Shown here in pieces: positions 1-9,796 of a stretch of DNA of 64,000 nucleotides. Source of the stretch: an uncultured delta proteobacterium (lineage in GTDB: Bacteria; Desulfobacterota; Desulfobacteria; Desulfobacterales; JAFDCJ01); the NCBI GenBank assembly GCA_963769935.1, contig CAVYNY010000010.1, positions 640,001 through 704,000 of the forward strand, given 5' to 3'. Position 1 is the stretch's first letter, and each line of letters starts with the position of its first letter. The notes under the pieces were generated by a model. The model saw only the letters and a list, made by a program, of their open reading frames with translations, searched no databases and was not told the origin of the DNA. Position numbers and translations under genes: made by a program.

Positions 1-1
1 C

Positions 2-280
2 GAAAAAGACTCATTCTCCGATGGCCTGTTGGAACACGCCCACTATACGCGGCCGGGAATATTCGAGGACCGGGAGGTTCCTGAAGTCCTGTTGTCAGGA
101 CATCATCAGGAAATTGAACGATGGCGCCGCGAGTCCTCCTTGATGCGGACGCTTCTGAAAAGACCGGATCTATTGGAACAGCGGGAGTTGCCGAACGAAG
201 AAACCGAAGTACTGAGGCGCTGGGGCAGTCAAATCCGAAAGATATTAGATTGTCATCGGAGCCCAATAAAGGGATCTTGA
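2..280 (+). CDS. trmD: tRNA (guanine37-N1)-methyltransferase, C-terminal part (5' truncated by window edge)
   Basis: Frame open from base 2: [16 protein letters not shown]...[17 protein letters not shown]...RPDLL, the TrmD C-terminal signature; lies upstream of rplS. Confidence 0.95.
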   Translation, partial: EKDSFSDGLLEHAHYTRPGIFEDREVPEVLLSGHHQEIERWRRESSLMRTLLKRPDLLEQRELPNEETEVLRRWGSQIRKILDCHRSPIKGS

Positions 281-319
281 GCAGATCCGTGTCTCGAGGT
301 CTTATAATTTAACCAGGCA

Positions 320-401
320 GGGTTGGCCCGTTAGCCCGTTTATCCGTATGCCCGAATCTGCAAAACCGGCCGACCGGCGAACGGGTTAACCGGAAAACAG
401 G
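320..401. repeat. Intergenic palindrome of degenerate 8-mer repeats
   Basis: Left arm GGCCCGTT-AGCCCGTT-TATCCGTA-TGCCCG; right arm CCGGCGAACGGGTTAACCGGAAAACAGG is loosely its reverse complement. Confidence 0.6.
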
Positions 402-402
402 T

Positions 403-963
403 ATGCCCAGGCTTTACGTGGCGTTGACGCATTATCCGGTGGTGAACAAACGGGGCGACATCATCGCTTCATCGGTGACCAATCTGGATTTGCACGATAT
501 ATCGCGGGCGGCGAGGACCTTCGGGGCGAAGCGTTTCTATGTGGTAACGCCGCTTGTCGATCAGAAAATCCTGGTTGAAAAGATTATCTCACATTGGACA
601 AACGGCATCGGCGGTGTGTACAATCCGGCAAGGCGCAGCGCGCTGGAGCTGATCAAGACCAAAGATTCCATCGCTGATGCAGCTGAAGAAATTGAAGGCA
701 TTGAGAAAGTTTACCCGAAAACAGTTGTAACCTGTGCCCGCAGTTTTCCGTCAAGCATCAGCTTCAAAGAATTGCGTGATATTCTGCAGCTCGGCCGACC
801 GCACCTGCTGGTCTTCGGGACCGCCTGGGGCTTAGCCGAAACGTATATCAGCCAGGCGGATTACATTCTGGAACCGATTTCAGGCCAAACTGCCTATAAC
901 CATCTTTCGGTCCGATCCGCTGCCGGTATCATTCTTGATAGACTGTTGGGAACAAGAAAATAA
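403..963 (+). CDS. SPOUT-class SAM-dependent RNA methyltransferase (family often adjacent or fused to TrmD)
   Basis: LxHYPV, [10 protein letters not shown], FGTAWGL and [10 protein letters not shown] motifs; position between trmD and rplS. Confidence 0.85.
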   Translation: MPRLYVALTHYPVVNKRGDIIASSVTNLDLHDISRAARTFGAKRFYVVTPLVDQKILVEKIISHWTNGIGGVYNPARRSALELIKTKDSIADAAEEIEGIEKVYPKTVVTCARSFPSSISFKELRDILQLGRPHLLVFGTAWGLAETYISQADYILEPISGQTAYNHLSVRSAAGIILDRLLGTRK

Positions 964-979
964 AGGTTTGGAGGAAAAA

Positions 980-1327
980 ATGAATAAGATTGAGCAACTC
1001 GAAAAGGAAAATATTCGCTTGGACATGCCCCGTTTTAAGCCCGGCGATACCGTTAAGGTCCATGTGAAAATAAAAGAAGGTGAAAAGGAGCGGATCCAGG
1101 CTTTTCAGGGCGTTGTGATCAGCAAGAAAAAGGGCTCGACGCATGGTACGTTTACCGTCCGTAAAGTATCTTACGGGATCGGCGTAGAACGTATTTTCCC
1201 GATGCATTCACCGGTCATCGACAGAATAGAGGTTATCACCAAAGGTCGGGTAAGACGCGCCAAAATCTACTATCTGCGCCAACTCAGGGGCAAAGCCGCC
1301 AGGATCAAGGAGAAGCGGTTCAATTAG
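980..1327 (+). CDS. rplS: 50S ribosomal protein L19
   Basis: [24 protein letters not shown]...[17 protein letters not shown]...[20 protein letters not shown] before ATG 980. Confidence 0.98.
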   Translation: MNKIEQLEKENIRLDMPRFKPGDTVKVHVKIKEGEKERIQAFQGVVISKKKGSTHGTFTVRKVSYGIGVERIFPMHSPVIDRIEVITKGRVRRAKIYYLRQLRGKAARIKEKRFN

Positions 1328-1333
1328 GTCAGG

Positions 1334-1936
1334 ATGGATTTGTGGCATTTTGAAAAAGAAGCCACCCGCAAGGGTTTCCGGGATATAGCGGGTATTGACG
1401 AGGCCGGCCGGGGTCCTCTGGCCGGCCCGGTTGTAGCAGCCGCGGTTATTCTGTCGGCCGCATTCGATGATTCCGAGGTTACCGACTCCAAAAAATTGAC
1501 GGCGTCCAAAAGGGCACGTCTGTATGAGCGGATTTATGCCCAGGCGGCGGCAGTGGGCATCGGCATAGTGGATCCGTCGGAAATAGATCGGATCAACATT
1601 TTGCAGGCTTCTTTGCTGGCCATGGCCATGGCGGTAAAAAACCTTGTCCCCCGTCCGGATTTTCTATTGATCGACGGCACCTTCCGAATCGCTTCCGACC
1701 TGCCCCAATTAGCCGTTATAAAAGGAGATGCTTTAAGCATCTCCATTGCTGCCGCTTCCATCATTGCCAAGGTCACCCGGGACCGTCTGATGCAGAACTA
1801 CCATCAATACTATCCGCAGTTTGATTTCCCGCAGCACAAAGGCTATCCGACCAAGGCCCATAAGGAGGCCATTCAAAAATTCGGCTGCTGCCCCATCCAC
1901 CGCAGGAGTTTTAGAGGCGTCAAGGAATACAGTTAA
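1334..1936 (+). CDS. rnhB: Ribonuclease HII
   Basis: GIDEAGRGPLAGPVVAAAV, DSKKL, IAAASIIAKVTRD, HKGYPT, HRRSF. Confidence 0.97.
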   Translation: MDLWHFEKEATRKGFRDIAGIDEAGRGPLAGPVVAAAVILSAAFDDSEVTDSKKLTASKRARLYERIYAQAAAVGIGIVDPSEIDRINILQASLLAMAMAVKNLVPRPDFLLIDGTFRIASDLPQLAVIKGDALSISIAAASIIAKVTRDRLMQNYHQYYPQFDFPQHKGYPTKAHKEAIQKFGCCPIHRRSFRGVKEYS

Positions 1937-2087
1937 ACCGGAAAATGCCTAAAATTGCGGTGTCGCTACACGCCATCTTTTTTATCAATTTAAAAAAGCT
2001 TGTTGCCTTTTAACTTAACGTGCTAAGGTTAATTAATTCGCCCTGCAATACAGCCTATTCAGGTTCTCATGGTTGGAACAATTTATT

Positions 2088-2459
2088 ATGCCGAGCAAAC
2101 CACAAAAATTTGGGGAACAGGGGGAATCTCTGGCCGCCTGGTACCTGAGAAAAAACGGCTATAAGATTATCGAACAGAATTACCGCAGCCGGTTGGGTGA
2201 GATTGATATCATCGCCAGAGACAAAAAGACAATCGTGTTTGTGGAAGTCAAGTCAAGGAGATCGGTTCGCTACGGCAGTCCCAAATGGGCGGTTACTCCC
2301 CAAAAACAGCGCAAGATATCAATGGTTGCACTTCACTATCTGAAGACTACCCGCCAAACGGACGCAAAAGCCAGGTTTGATGTGGTCGCCATCACTGCCA
2401 ACCGTGACGAGCCCCAGATTGAAATCGTAAAAAATGCCTTCGAACTCGCCTACCAATAA
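2088..2459 (+). CDS. yraN: YraN/UPF0102 family putative endonuclease
   Basis: GEQGE.LA..YL...GY.I...NYR...GEIDIIA...VFVEVKSR, RFDVV; start may be TTG 2073. Confidence 0.92.
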   Translation: MPSKPQKFGEQGESLAAWYLRKNGYKIIEQNYRSRLGEIDIIARDKKTIVFVEVKSRRSVRYGSPKWAVTPQKQRKISMVALHYLKTTRQTDAKARFDVVAITANRDEPQIEIVKNAFELAYQ

Positions 2460-3306
2460 TCCGGGTACGCTTTATGTTGTCGCCACACCGATCGGCCATC
2501 ACGACGACATTACCATCAGGGCTTTGAAAGTCCTGGGTGAGGTCGATCTGGTTGCAGCCGAAGATACCCGCAAGACGCGCCGGTTCTTAACGCGGCACGG
2601 CATCAGCAACCGCCTGGTTTCCTATCATGAGCACAATGAGGCCGAACGCACACCGCAGCTGATCGCCAAACTCGAGTCAGGTGTATCGGTAGCCCTGGTC
2701 TGCAACGCCGGCACGCCGACGGTATCGGATCCGGGTTATCGTTTGGTTGAAGCCGCGGCCGGCAACAACCTGAACATAATTCCCGTGCCGGGCGCGTGCG
2801 CCGCCACCGCGGTCTTGAGCGTCGCCGGGATGCCGACGGACGCGTTCATTTTTACAGGATTTTTGACCAAAAAGCAAATCAAGCGGCGGCGGCAGCTGAA
2901 CGAACTTGCAAGTCAACCCCAAACGCTTATCTTTTATGAGTCGCCCAAACGCATCCTGGCGCTGCTAAATGAAATCATCGATGTCATGGGCGATCGCCAG
3001 GGCGTGCTGGGCAGAGAAGTCACCAAACTGCACGAAGAAATAATCCGCGGCCGATTGTCCGATATCGCCGAACGGCTGAAAGACCGCAGTGAAATCAAAG
3101 GCGAATGCACCCTGCTGGTCGCAGGCAGCGGCGGTGAAAAGCACGCGTCCTGGCAAAGTGTCAGGCAGCAGATAAAAGACCGGATCCAACAACAAGACCA
3201 TTCCCTATCGGCAATTGCCAGAGAAATTGCCGCCGCATCCGGCATTGCGAAAAACCGAATCTATGCCGAGGTGTTAAAAATTTCCAAGGAGCTTGAGAGT
3301 GGATAA
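2434..3306 (+). CDS. rsmI: 16S rRNA C1402 2'-O-methyltransferase
   Basis: GTLYVVATPIG, AAEDTR, SYHEHNE, AGTP.VSDPG, FYESPKR, REVTKLHEE. Confidence 0.95.
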   Translation: MPSNSPTNNPGTLYVVATPIGHHDDITIRALKVLGEVDLVAAEDTRKTRRFLTRHGISNRLVSYHEHNEAERTPQLIAKLESGVSVALVCNAGTPTVSDPGYRLVEAAAGNNLNIIPVPGACAATAVLSVAGMPTDAFIFTGFLTKKQIKRRRQLNELASQPQTLIFYESPKRILALLNEIIDVMGDRQGVLGREVTKLHEEIIRGRLSDIAERLKDRSEIKGECTLLVAGSGGEKHASWQSVRQQIKDRIQQQDHSLSAIAREIAAASGIAKNRIYAEVLKISKELESG

Positions 3307-5473
3307 TCTCGACGCAATCTTTTCCCCTCAATCCCTGGCTGTCATTGGGGCCTCAAATACCGCCGGGAAAGTGGGACACGACATCTTCGTCAACATATTG
3401 AAAGGCGGCTATCGGGGCACTCTGTATCCGGTAAACCCGAATGCCCGATCGGTCTCCAGCGTGAGAGCCTATCCGACCATTGCCGATATTCCGGACGATG
3501 TCGATCTGGCCATGATTATTCTGCCGCCCAAACCGGCGCTGGCGGCGATTAAAGAAGCCGTTGACAAAGGGATTAAAGGCGTGGTCATCGTTTCCGCCGG
3601 CTTTCGCGAAGTCGGCGGCGAAGGCCTTGAAATTGAAAACAACATTGTTGCATTATGCCGCGAAGCGGGAGTGCGGGTGGTCGGCCCCAATTGTCTGGGA
3701 GTCATCAATCCGCTGTCAAATGTCAGATTGAATGCCAGTTTTTCGACCCGCATGCCCAAAGCCGGCAATATTTCTTTCATTTCCCAAAGCGGTGCCTTGT
3801 GCACGGCCGTGCTGGATTTTGCCGCCGACCGGGACTTCGGATTCTCCAAATTTATTTCAATCGGCAACAAGGCGGATGTTGATGAACTTGACCTTTTGCG
3901 GTATTTTCACAAGGATAAAGATACCGAAGTCATCATGGTTTACCTGGAGGAGTTGCGGCGCGGACCGGAATTTATCGAAGCCGTCAAAGTGATTACTTCC
4001 GGCGATTTCCGCCCGACCCCGGTGCTGGTGATTAAATCCGGGCGCACCAGTGCCGGCGCCCGGGCGGCCGCATCCCATACCGGTGCGCTGGCCGGAACCG
4101 AGGGTGTTTATGATGCCATCTTCCGGCAGTCCGGCATCATCCGGGTCGACTCCATTGATGAACTGTTCGACTTTGCCACGGCCTTTGCATATAAAAATGA
4201 AAGCGCCCTGGGAAAATTACGCCGCAAGGTGCCCTCCGGCAATCGGGTTGCCATTGTGACCAATGCAGGGGGGCCGGGTATAGTCGCCACAGACATGACC
4301 GTATCCTCCGGATTGCAGCTGGCCAAATTTAACGAGGAAACCATTGAAGCGCTCGCCAGTCATCTTCCCAAAACCGCCAATCTGCAGAACCCGGTCGATG
4401 TCATCGGTGATGCCCCCACGGACCGCTATGAAAATGCCCTGGCGGCGGTCGTCAGAGACGAAGGGGTCGACGGCGCCCTGGTGATTTTAACGCCCCAATC
4501 CATGACCGACGTACTTGGAACCGCTGAGGCCATTTTTCGCATCGCCCGACGTTCCAGCAAACCCATTCTGTGCTGCTTTATGGGAATCATCGATGTGTCT
4601 TCCGGCGTAAGATACCTGCAGGAACACGGAATCCCGGTATTTAAATTTCCCGAAAACGCCGCTAAAGCCTTCGGCGCGCTCTACCAGTACTCCCGCTGGC
4701 TGAACCGGCAGCACCTGGCCCCTTTCGATCTGCACCATGACCGGCAGCGGGCCTCCCGCATTGTTCAGGATTGGCTGGATGCCGGAAAAACCCACATCGG
4801 CGAACTGGAGGGAATTGAACTGCTCAAATGCTATGGATTTAATGTACTGTCCAATGCCCTGGCCAAAAACGAAGCTGAAGCGGCTGCCATTGCCCATGAG
4901 ACGGGATTTCCGGTGGCACTTAAAATCGTTTCAGCACAGATTTTGCACAAATCGGATGCCGGAGGTGTCGTTCTGGGGCTTGAAAATCAGGACGATGTCA
5001 AAAAAGCATTTGCTGATATTATTAAGCGGGCCGCTGAATACAATCCGGAGGCCGAGATCGAAGGTGTGCTGGTACAAAAGATGGCGCCTGCCGGCAGTGA
5101 AGTCATTCTGGGTCTGAACCGCTATCCGATCTTCGGACCGTTGCTCATGGTGGGCATCGGCGGCATTTATGTCGAGGTTTTCCAGGATGTGGTATTTCGC
5201 CTGGCGCCTATCGGACGTAATGAAGCCCGCCGCATGGTTCGTGAAATCAAGGGCTACCGGTTATTTCAGGGCTTCCGCGGCCGGCCGGCGGCTGATGTGG
5301 AAATCATCGAAAAATCGCTGGTGAGCCTGTCGGACATGGCCGCCAACCACCCCGAAATTATGGAGCTGGACATCAACCCCCTGCTGGTGCATGCCCGGTG
5401 CCAGGGGGCGACTGCGGCCGACTGCCGCATTATCCTGAAAAAACCGGAAGACAAACACCAGACCGACAGATAG
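3293..5473 (+). CDS. ADP-forming acetate/acyl-CoA ligase, fused alpha-beta type
   Basis: CoA-binding N-terminus (AVIGAS, GPNCLG, SQSGA), phospho-His motif ASHTG, NPVD, C-terminal ATP-grasp (HKSDAGGV, ELDINP); no GNAT domain. Confidence 0.9.
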   Translation: MRVDNLDAIFSPQSLAVIGASNTAGKVGHDIFVNILKGGYRGTLYPVNPNARSVSSVRAYPTIADIPDDVDLAMIILPPKPALAAIKEAVDKGIKGVVIVSAGFREVGGEGLEIENNIVALCREAGVRVVGPNCLGVINPLSNVRLNASFSTRMPKAGNISFISQSGALCTAVLDFAADRDFGFSKFISIGNKADVDELDLLRYFHKDKDTEVIMVYLEELRRGPEFIEAVKVITSGDFRPTPVLVIKSGRTSAGARAAASHTGALAGTEGVYDAIFRQSGIIRVDSIDELFDFATAFAYKNESALGKLRRKVPSGNRVAIVTNAGGPGIVATDMTVSSGLQLAKFNEETIEALASHLPKTANLQNPVDVIGDAPTDRYENALAAVVRDEGVDGALVILTPQSMTDVLGTAEAIFRIARRSSKPILCCFMGIIDVSSGVRYLQEHGIPVFKFPENAAKAFGALYQYSRWLNRQHLAPFDLHHDRQRASRIVQDWLDAGKTHIGELEGIELLKCYGFNVLSNALAKNEAEAAAIAHETGFPVALKIVSAQILHKSDAGGVVLGLENQDDVKKAFADIIKRAAEYNPEAEIEGVLVQKMAPAGSEVILGLNRYPIFGPLLMVGIGGIYVEVFQDVVFRLAPIGRNEARRMVREIKGYRLFQGFRGRPAADVEIIEKSLVSLSDMAANHPEIMELDINPLLVHARCQGATAADCRIILKKPEDKHQTDR

Positions 5474-5496
5474 TGCTGGGCAATGCCGCTGCGGAT

Positions 5497-5640
5497 TGAC
5501 GAATGACTAATGTCGAATGAAGGAATTCTATCTGTCTTAAAAAGTTATCAAAAGACCGAGCGGAGCGACTTCCACAATTAGCCAATATTCAATATTCAGT
5601 TTTCATTTGATTGAGCTATCAGCTATGAGCTATGAGCTTA
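5497..5640. repeat. Intergenic heptamer palindrome, copy 1 of a dispersed element (copy 2 at 23279-23455)
   Basis: ATGTCGAATGAAGGAATTCTATCTGT (5510-5535) is identical to 23303-23328; GAATGAC-like left arm and AATATTC-like right arm. Confidence 0.8.
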
Positions 5641-6236
5641 ACAATTACACATTCCGCAATCATACCCTTTGCCCTGTTATCCTAGCCGTGCCGCCGGAAG
5701 TGGCCGAGATTAAACCAAAAGACAGGGTCATATTTCTCAGCCGGCATGCCCGCAAGGCGCTGCAGCTATCCGCGGAAAAAAGCGGCGTCCGTCTCGATAA
5801 ATTGGTTAAAGATGAAAACGGCGTCCCCCAGCCATTCGACGGAACTTTCTGGTCCGTCACCCACAAAACACAGTATGTGGCCGGTGTGGCGGCACCGACC
5901 CCGACCGGTATTGATGTTGAGAGAATCCGCAGGTTTTCAGACGGCCTTTTTAAAAAGACCGCCGCCGACCGCGAATGGGCGCTGGCGGATATGGCCAAAG
6001 ACCCCGTGACGGCGTTTTTTCGCTACTGGACCGCCAAGGAAGCTGTGCTGAAAGCAACCGGAATCGGCATCAAAGATCTTCTAAAATGCCGGGTCCATCA
6101 AATCATCGATGATAATCATCTGCGCATCAGCTATGACGGACAGGATTGGCTGATCGAGCATTTCGTATTTGACCGGCACATGGCATCCATTGTGCAAAAT
6201 CGATATCGAATTGACTGGTCCGTGGAGAAGAGATGA
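5607..6236 (+). CDS. Sfp-type 4'-phosphopantetheinyl transferase
   Basis: G.P, SVTH, GIDVE and WTAKEAVLKATGIG motifs; start uncertain because the first codons lie in a repeat. Confidence 0.85.
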   Translation: MIELSAMSYELNNYTFRNHTLCPVILAVPPEVAEIKPKDRVIFLSRHARKALQLSAEKSGVRLDKLVKDENGVPQPFDGTFWSVTHKTQYVAGVAAPTPTGIDVERIRRFSDGLFKKTAADREWALADMAKDPVTAFFRYWTAKEAVLKATGIGIKDLLKCRVHQIIDDNHLRISYDGQDWLIEHFVFDRHMASIVQNRYRIDWSVEKR

Positions 6237-6256
6237 TAATACTGTCGTGCATGCAA

Positions 6257-6500
6257 AAAATCTCAAATCCCAAATCTCAAATTTCAAATAAATTACAATG
6301 ACCAAAATAAAAAATTCCAAACCGGATCCAATCTGTTTCAGTCACTGCTTCAGATAAATACGCGATCCTTATATGCGAAAACACGAACATTTTAAATCAC
6401 GAAAAAAACACAGCTGCATATTCGTGATTTAATCGGTTTCGGTCATTGATTATTGTAATTTGAGTTTTATTTGTAATTTGGTGCTTGGAATTTAGAATTT
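6257..6500. repeat. Nested palindrome between convergent genes; inner 12-bp perfect inverted repeat may act as terminator
   Basis: Left arm of CAAATCT/CAAATCC/CAAATTT heptamers, right arm of ATTTG-type heptamers; inner TTAAATCACGAA (6392-6403) and TTCGTGATTTAA (6421-6432). Confidence 0.75.
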
Positions 6501-7482
6501 ATACTTTTACCTCCAGGACCACTTTTCCGATATTGCGATTCTGCCGGACACAGGCGTGCGCCGCCTGCGCTTCTGCAATCGGAAAAACCTTGTCGATTAC
6601 CGGCCTGATCTTGCCCTCTTCCAGCAGCGGCCAGAAGCGTTCCTTAAATTTTTGGGTTATGAATATTTTTTGGGCCACCGGCCGTGCCCGCAGGCGGGTG
6701 CCGATAATTCGCAGGCTTTTTCCGAGTACAGCGCCCAGGTTTATTTCAGCCGTACTTCCGCCAAGCAAACCGATATTCACCAGCCGTCCATTAACCCTGA
6801 GAAGATTTAAATTTCGGGTAAGATACGCTGCTCCAACGGGGTCCAGGACGAGATCGACTCCCTGGCCATCGGTGACGCCCATGATTTCTTTTAAAAAGTC
6901 CTGCTCCTTGTAATTGACAGCCAGGCTGGCCCCCAGTTCGCGGCACTTATCCAATTTGGCAGCTGTACCTGCGGTAACATACACAGCCGCCCCGGCTTCG
7001 CGGGCCATTTGAATGCCGGCCGTACCGACCCCGCTGGCGCCGGCATGGAGCAACACCCTCTCGCCGGACTTGAGATCGCCTTCCAGGAAGAGATTGCTGA
7101 AGGCCGTCAGCCAGGCTTCCGGGATGGCGGCCCCTTCAGCGAACGACCAACTGTCCGGCAGTCTGACCAGCATTTGCGGGTGTACGGCCACCTGCTGGGC
7201 GTAGCCGCCGCCGGCCAGCAGCCCCAACACCCGATCACCGATCTGCCAGCCTTGTACCGCCTTGCCGACGGCTGCAACTACGCCGGCCATTTCCAGGCCT
7301 ATAATTTGCGACTCACCGGCCGGCGGCGGATATGATCCCATGGCCTGCAACAAATCTGCCCGGTTGACGGCGGTAGCCTTTATGTCAACCAGCACCTTTT
7401 CCTCACCATACGTAACATCCGGCACCGTCTCCCAGACCAGCGCCGGCTCTTTGTCCGATTTTTTTACCACGATGGCCTTCAT
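6499..7482 (-). CDS. NAD(P)H:quinone oxidoreductase, PIG3/zeta-crystallin (MDR) family
   Basis: VNRADLLQ..G.YPPP.G, GLEMAG, GGGYAQ, HAGASGVGTA.IQ, NIGKVVL. Confidence 0.92.
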   Translation of the reverse strand: MKAIVVKKSDKEPALVWETVPDVTYGEEKVLVDIKATAVNRADLLQAMGSYPPPAGESQIIGLEMAGVVAAVGKAVQGWQIGDRVLGLLAGGGYAQQVAVHPQMLVRLPDSWSFAEGAAIPEAWLTAFSNLFLEGDLKSGERVLLHAGASGVGTAGIQMAREAGAAVYVTAGTAAKLDKCRELGASLAVNYKEQDFLKEIMGVTDGQGVDLVLDPVGAAYLTRNLNLLRVNGRLVNIGLLGGSTAEINLGAVLGKSLRIIGTRLRARPVAQKIFITQKFKERFWPLLEEGKIRPVIDKVFPIAEAQAAHACVRQNRNIGKVVLEVKV

Positions 7483-7569
7483 AAACTGCCTCCCGTTCAA
7501 TTGAAATTAACTGCCGTTGAAACCTTTTTCAACTATGGTTTTATATAGTAATCAATTAAATTAAGACCT

Positions 7570-7830
7570 AAGCTACAGGGTGCAAGGTAGAAGACGGAAA
7601 GCAGAAGGTGAGAAGATAAGAAGCTAAGAGGCTGGGGGGCTGGAAGTCTAAAATGCTGGGAGTTTTGGGCTGTTCGCCTTCTTCCTTTTTCCTTAGGCCT
7701 TAAACCCCATACCTTTTTTTGTTATCCAGCATCCATCCAGCATCCAGTATCCAGTAACCCCTACCCCGCAACGCACAACCTGAAACTCGCAACCCGCACC
7801 CTGCAACGCGTAATCCGCAACCCGAATAAA
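7570..7830. repeat. Mosaic of 7-8-mer tandem repeats
   Basis: GAAGGTGA/GAAGATAA/GAAGCTAA octamers, ATCCAGC/ATCCAGT heptamers (7724-7756), CCGCAAC-type heptamers (7766-7825); the same modules recur at 26510-26738. Confidence 0.75.
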
Positions 7831-7843
7831 CTCGCTGTTTTTT

Positions 7844-7872
7844 TTGACTTTTTTTAAGTTAAGTTATAATAT
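7844..7872 (+). promoter_or_regulatory. Putative sigma70 promoter of the actin-like gene
   Basis: TTGACT (7844-7849) with TATAAT (7865-7870, 15-bp spacer) or overlapping TAATAT (7867-7872, 17-bp spacer); GGAGG RBS before ATG 7911. Confidence 0.6.
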
Positions 7873-7910
7873 GAACTTGTAATCAACGGTAATTTATATG
7901 GAGGGAAAGC

Positions 7911-9038
7911 ATGCACGTCCTCGGCATCGACATCGGTTTCGGTTTCACGAAGGCTACCAACGGGAAAGATACGATAATTTTCAAATCTCTTTTTGGAGAT
8001 GAGGCCGATATTCAATTCTGGGCAGATTTCGGCAAGGATACTCCCACGGACCACATTCATGTGACCATCGACGGCAAGTCATATTTCATCGGGGATCTGG
8101 CGGAGCAACAGTCAAGTGTTTTGCACTTTACGCTGGACCAGGAAAAATTGATTACTGAATTTGTTAAAATATTATCGTTGACGGTAGCCGGAATGTTTAT
8201 GAAAAAAGGCGCATCGATCAATGTCCCGCTCAATGTGGTTTCGGGCCTTCCCATCGGTTATTTCAAACAAAATCATGAGCGCTTCAATGAACTGCTGATG
8301 GGTCACCACACCATTACCTATCATTCCCAAGACGGCCGGGAAACCAATAAGGAAATTTATATCAACAAGGTCCGTATGCTGCCTCAACCCATGGGCAGCA
8401 TCTTGAATCTATTGATGGATGACGCAGGTAGGATAGTTGACAAAGATCTCGCCAACCAGAAAATCGGCGTGGTTGACATCGGATTTCGCACAACGGACTT
8501 TATCATATTGGATCGTCTGCGCTACATCGATCGCGGCAGCCGAACCATTGATTCCGGCATCTCGAAAGGTTTCAGCTTTATTGCAAACAAGCTGCGGGAA
8601 AAGGCCGGAGTCAGCGTGGAGCTTTACCGCCTGTATCGAGCGGCTGAGACAGGCTCTATCAAAATGCGAGGCCACGGATTTGGCTTTACGAAAGTCAGAG
8701 ATCAGGTTTACTCTCAGCTGGCTGCTACGATCGCCAACGAGATTGATCGTCTTTGGGCGGATGACTGGGATATAGATACCATCATTCTATCCGGCGGAGG
8801 ATGTAGAGAGCTTGCCCAATACCTGCAGCCTCTGATCACCGGCAATGTCTTGCCGGTCGACCTCAGCAAAGACCCGCGGCTCAACAATGTGCTGGGTTAT
8901 ATGAAGTACGGCCGTTACGTTTGGGGCGAAGCGGAGGAAGATTCCAAGCCCGAAGGGGCAGAATCCGAATCGCAATCTGAAGAAGCCAATCCGGAAGATA
9001 TCGAGTCCGTCCGCGAAGATGAACTGTCGGAGATGTGA
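7911..9038 (+). CDS. ParM/StbA-family actin-like ATPase (Mad28-like) with acidic C-terminal tail
   Basis: Phosphate-1 GIDIGFGFTK, VSGLP, connect-1 PQPMG, phosphate-2 VDIGFRTTD, adenosine LSGGG; the last ~38 aa are E/D/S-rich. Confidence 0.9.
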   Translation: MHVLGIDIGFGFTKATNGKDTIIFKSLFGDEADIQFWADFGKDTPTDHIHVTIDGKSYFIGDLAEQQSSVLHFTLDQEKLITEFVKILSLTVAGMFMKKGASINVPLNVVSGLPIGYFKQNHERFNELLMGHHTITYHSQDGRETNKEIYINKVRMLPQPMGSILNLLMDDAGRIVDKDLANQKIGVVDIGFRTTDFIILDRLRYIDRGSRTIDSGISKGFSFIANKLREKAGVSVELYRLYRAAETGSIKMRGHGFGFTKVRDQVYSQLAATIANEIDRLWADDWDIDTIILSGGGCRELAQYLQPLITGNVLPVDLSKDPRLNNVLGYMKYGRYVWGEAEEDSKPEGAESESQSEEANPEDIESVREDELSEM

Positions 9039-9115
9039 GTTGCGGGGTGAGACACTTTCAGTGCCAGCTGATAGTTCATAGCCGATAGCTGATAGTCCAA
9101 AAGAATAGATCTTTT

Positions 9116-9796
9116 TTACATCAGAATAATTTTGTCGCCCTGCCGGCGCACCCGGAGTCCGTAGCTTGGCAGGGTTTTGACCAACGGACGACCGAATAAA
9201 AAATCGAGCATTTCGGGGTCCATTCCGCCTTTAGAAACGACCAGTTCGCGAATTTCGGCATCATAGCGGATGATTTCAGATAGCCTGCGCCGGGCATGTT
9301 CACTGTTGCCGCTTTGAAGATCTTTGATCAGATTGCGAATCTCTTCATAGTCGCAGTGTGCCTGATGATCCTTTATTAAATCCCACAACCCTGCAACTCC
9401 GGATATGAGATCCTGGCGGGTCAGGAGTTCGCCGGCGTATATTTCTTCAAGTTCCCGCGTGTCCCAGCATTTAAGGGCCCGGCATTCCAGCGGACGGTGG
9501 TCATAAATGGTGCAGGATTTTTCGGCTTCATTAAAAAAAACACAGCTCCAGGTATCCTCCCGGCCCTTGATCTTGATAATATCCGAATCCACCGGCCCCA
9601 GGCACCCCTGAACGTTGTCCCGGGCGATCTCACCCCGGCGGATGGTATATAAATATTTGGAGGGTATCCCGCCTTTTTCGATTAAAGCACGATCATCCCG
9701 ATGAAAGCCGGGCCCGCCCTTTTCACAGCAGGTGCCGCAGCGGGCACAGACGTTGGCAGCAAAACCGGTTGACGATTGCGGAGAATTTTCTGTCAT
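9116..9796 (-). CDS. YkgJ-like cysteine-cluster (CxxCxxCC) protein
   Basis: CARCGTCC, CVFF...CTIY..RP.ECR motifs. Confidence 0.85.
   Translation of the reverse strand: MTENSPQSSTGFAANVCARCGTCCEKGGPGFHRDDRALIEKGGIPSKYLYTIRRGEIARDNVQGCLGPVDSDIIKIKGREDTWSCVFFNEAEKSCTIYDHRPLECRALKCWDTRELEEIYAGELLTRQDLISGVAGLWDLIKDHQAHCDYEEIRNLIKDLQSGNSEHARRRLSEIIRYDAEIRELVVSKGGMDPEMLDFLFGRPLVKTLPSYGLRVRRQGDKIILM

Noticed and set aside
3293..5473. Protein lysine acetyltransferase (Pat) paired with the sirtuin
   Set aside because: No GNAT domain, and the catalytic His motif (ASHTG) is intact, which fits an active ligase
7766..7830. CCGCAAC repeats as a parC centromere for the actin-like gene
   Set aside because: The same heptamer type occurs at unrelated loci (~30935, ~47820) and there is no ParR adaptor gene
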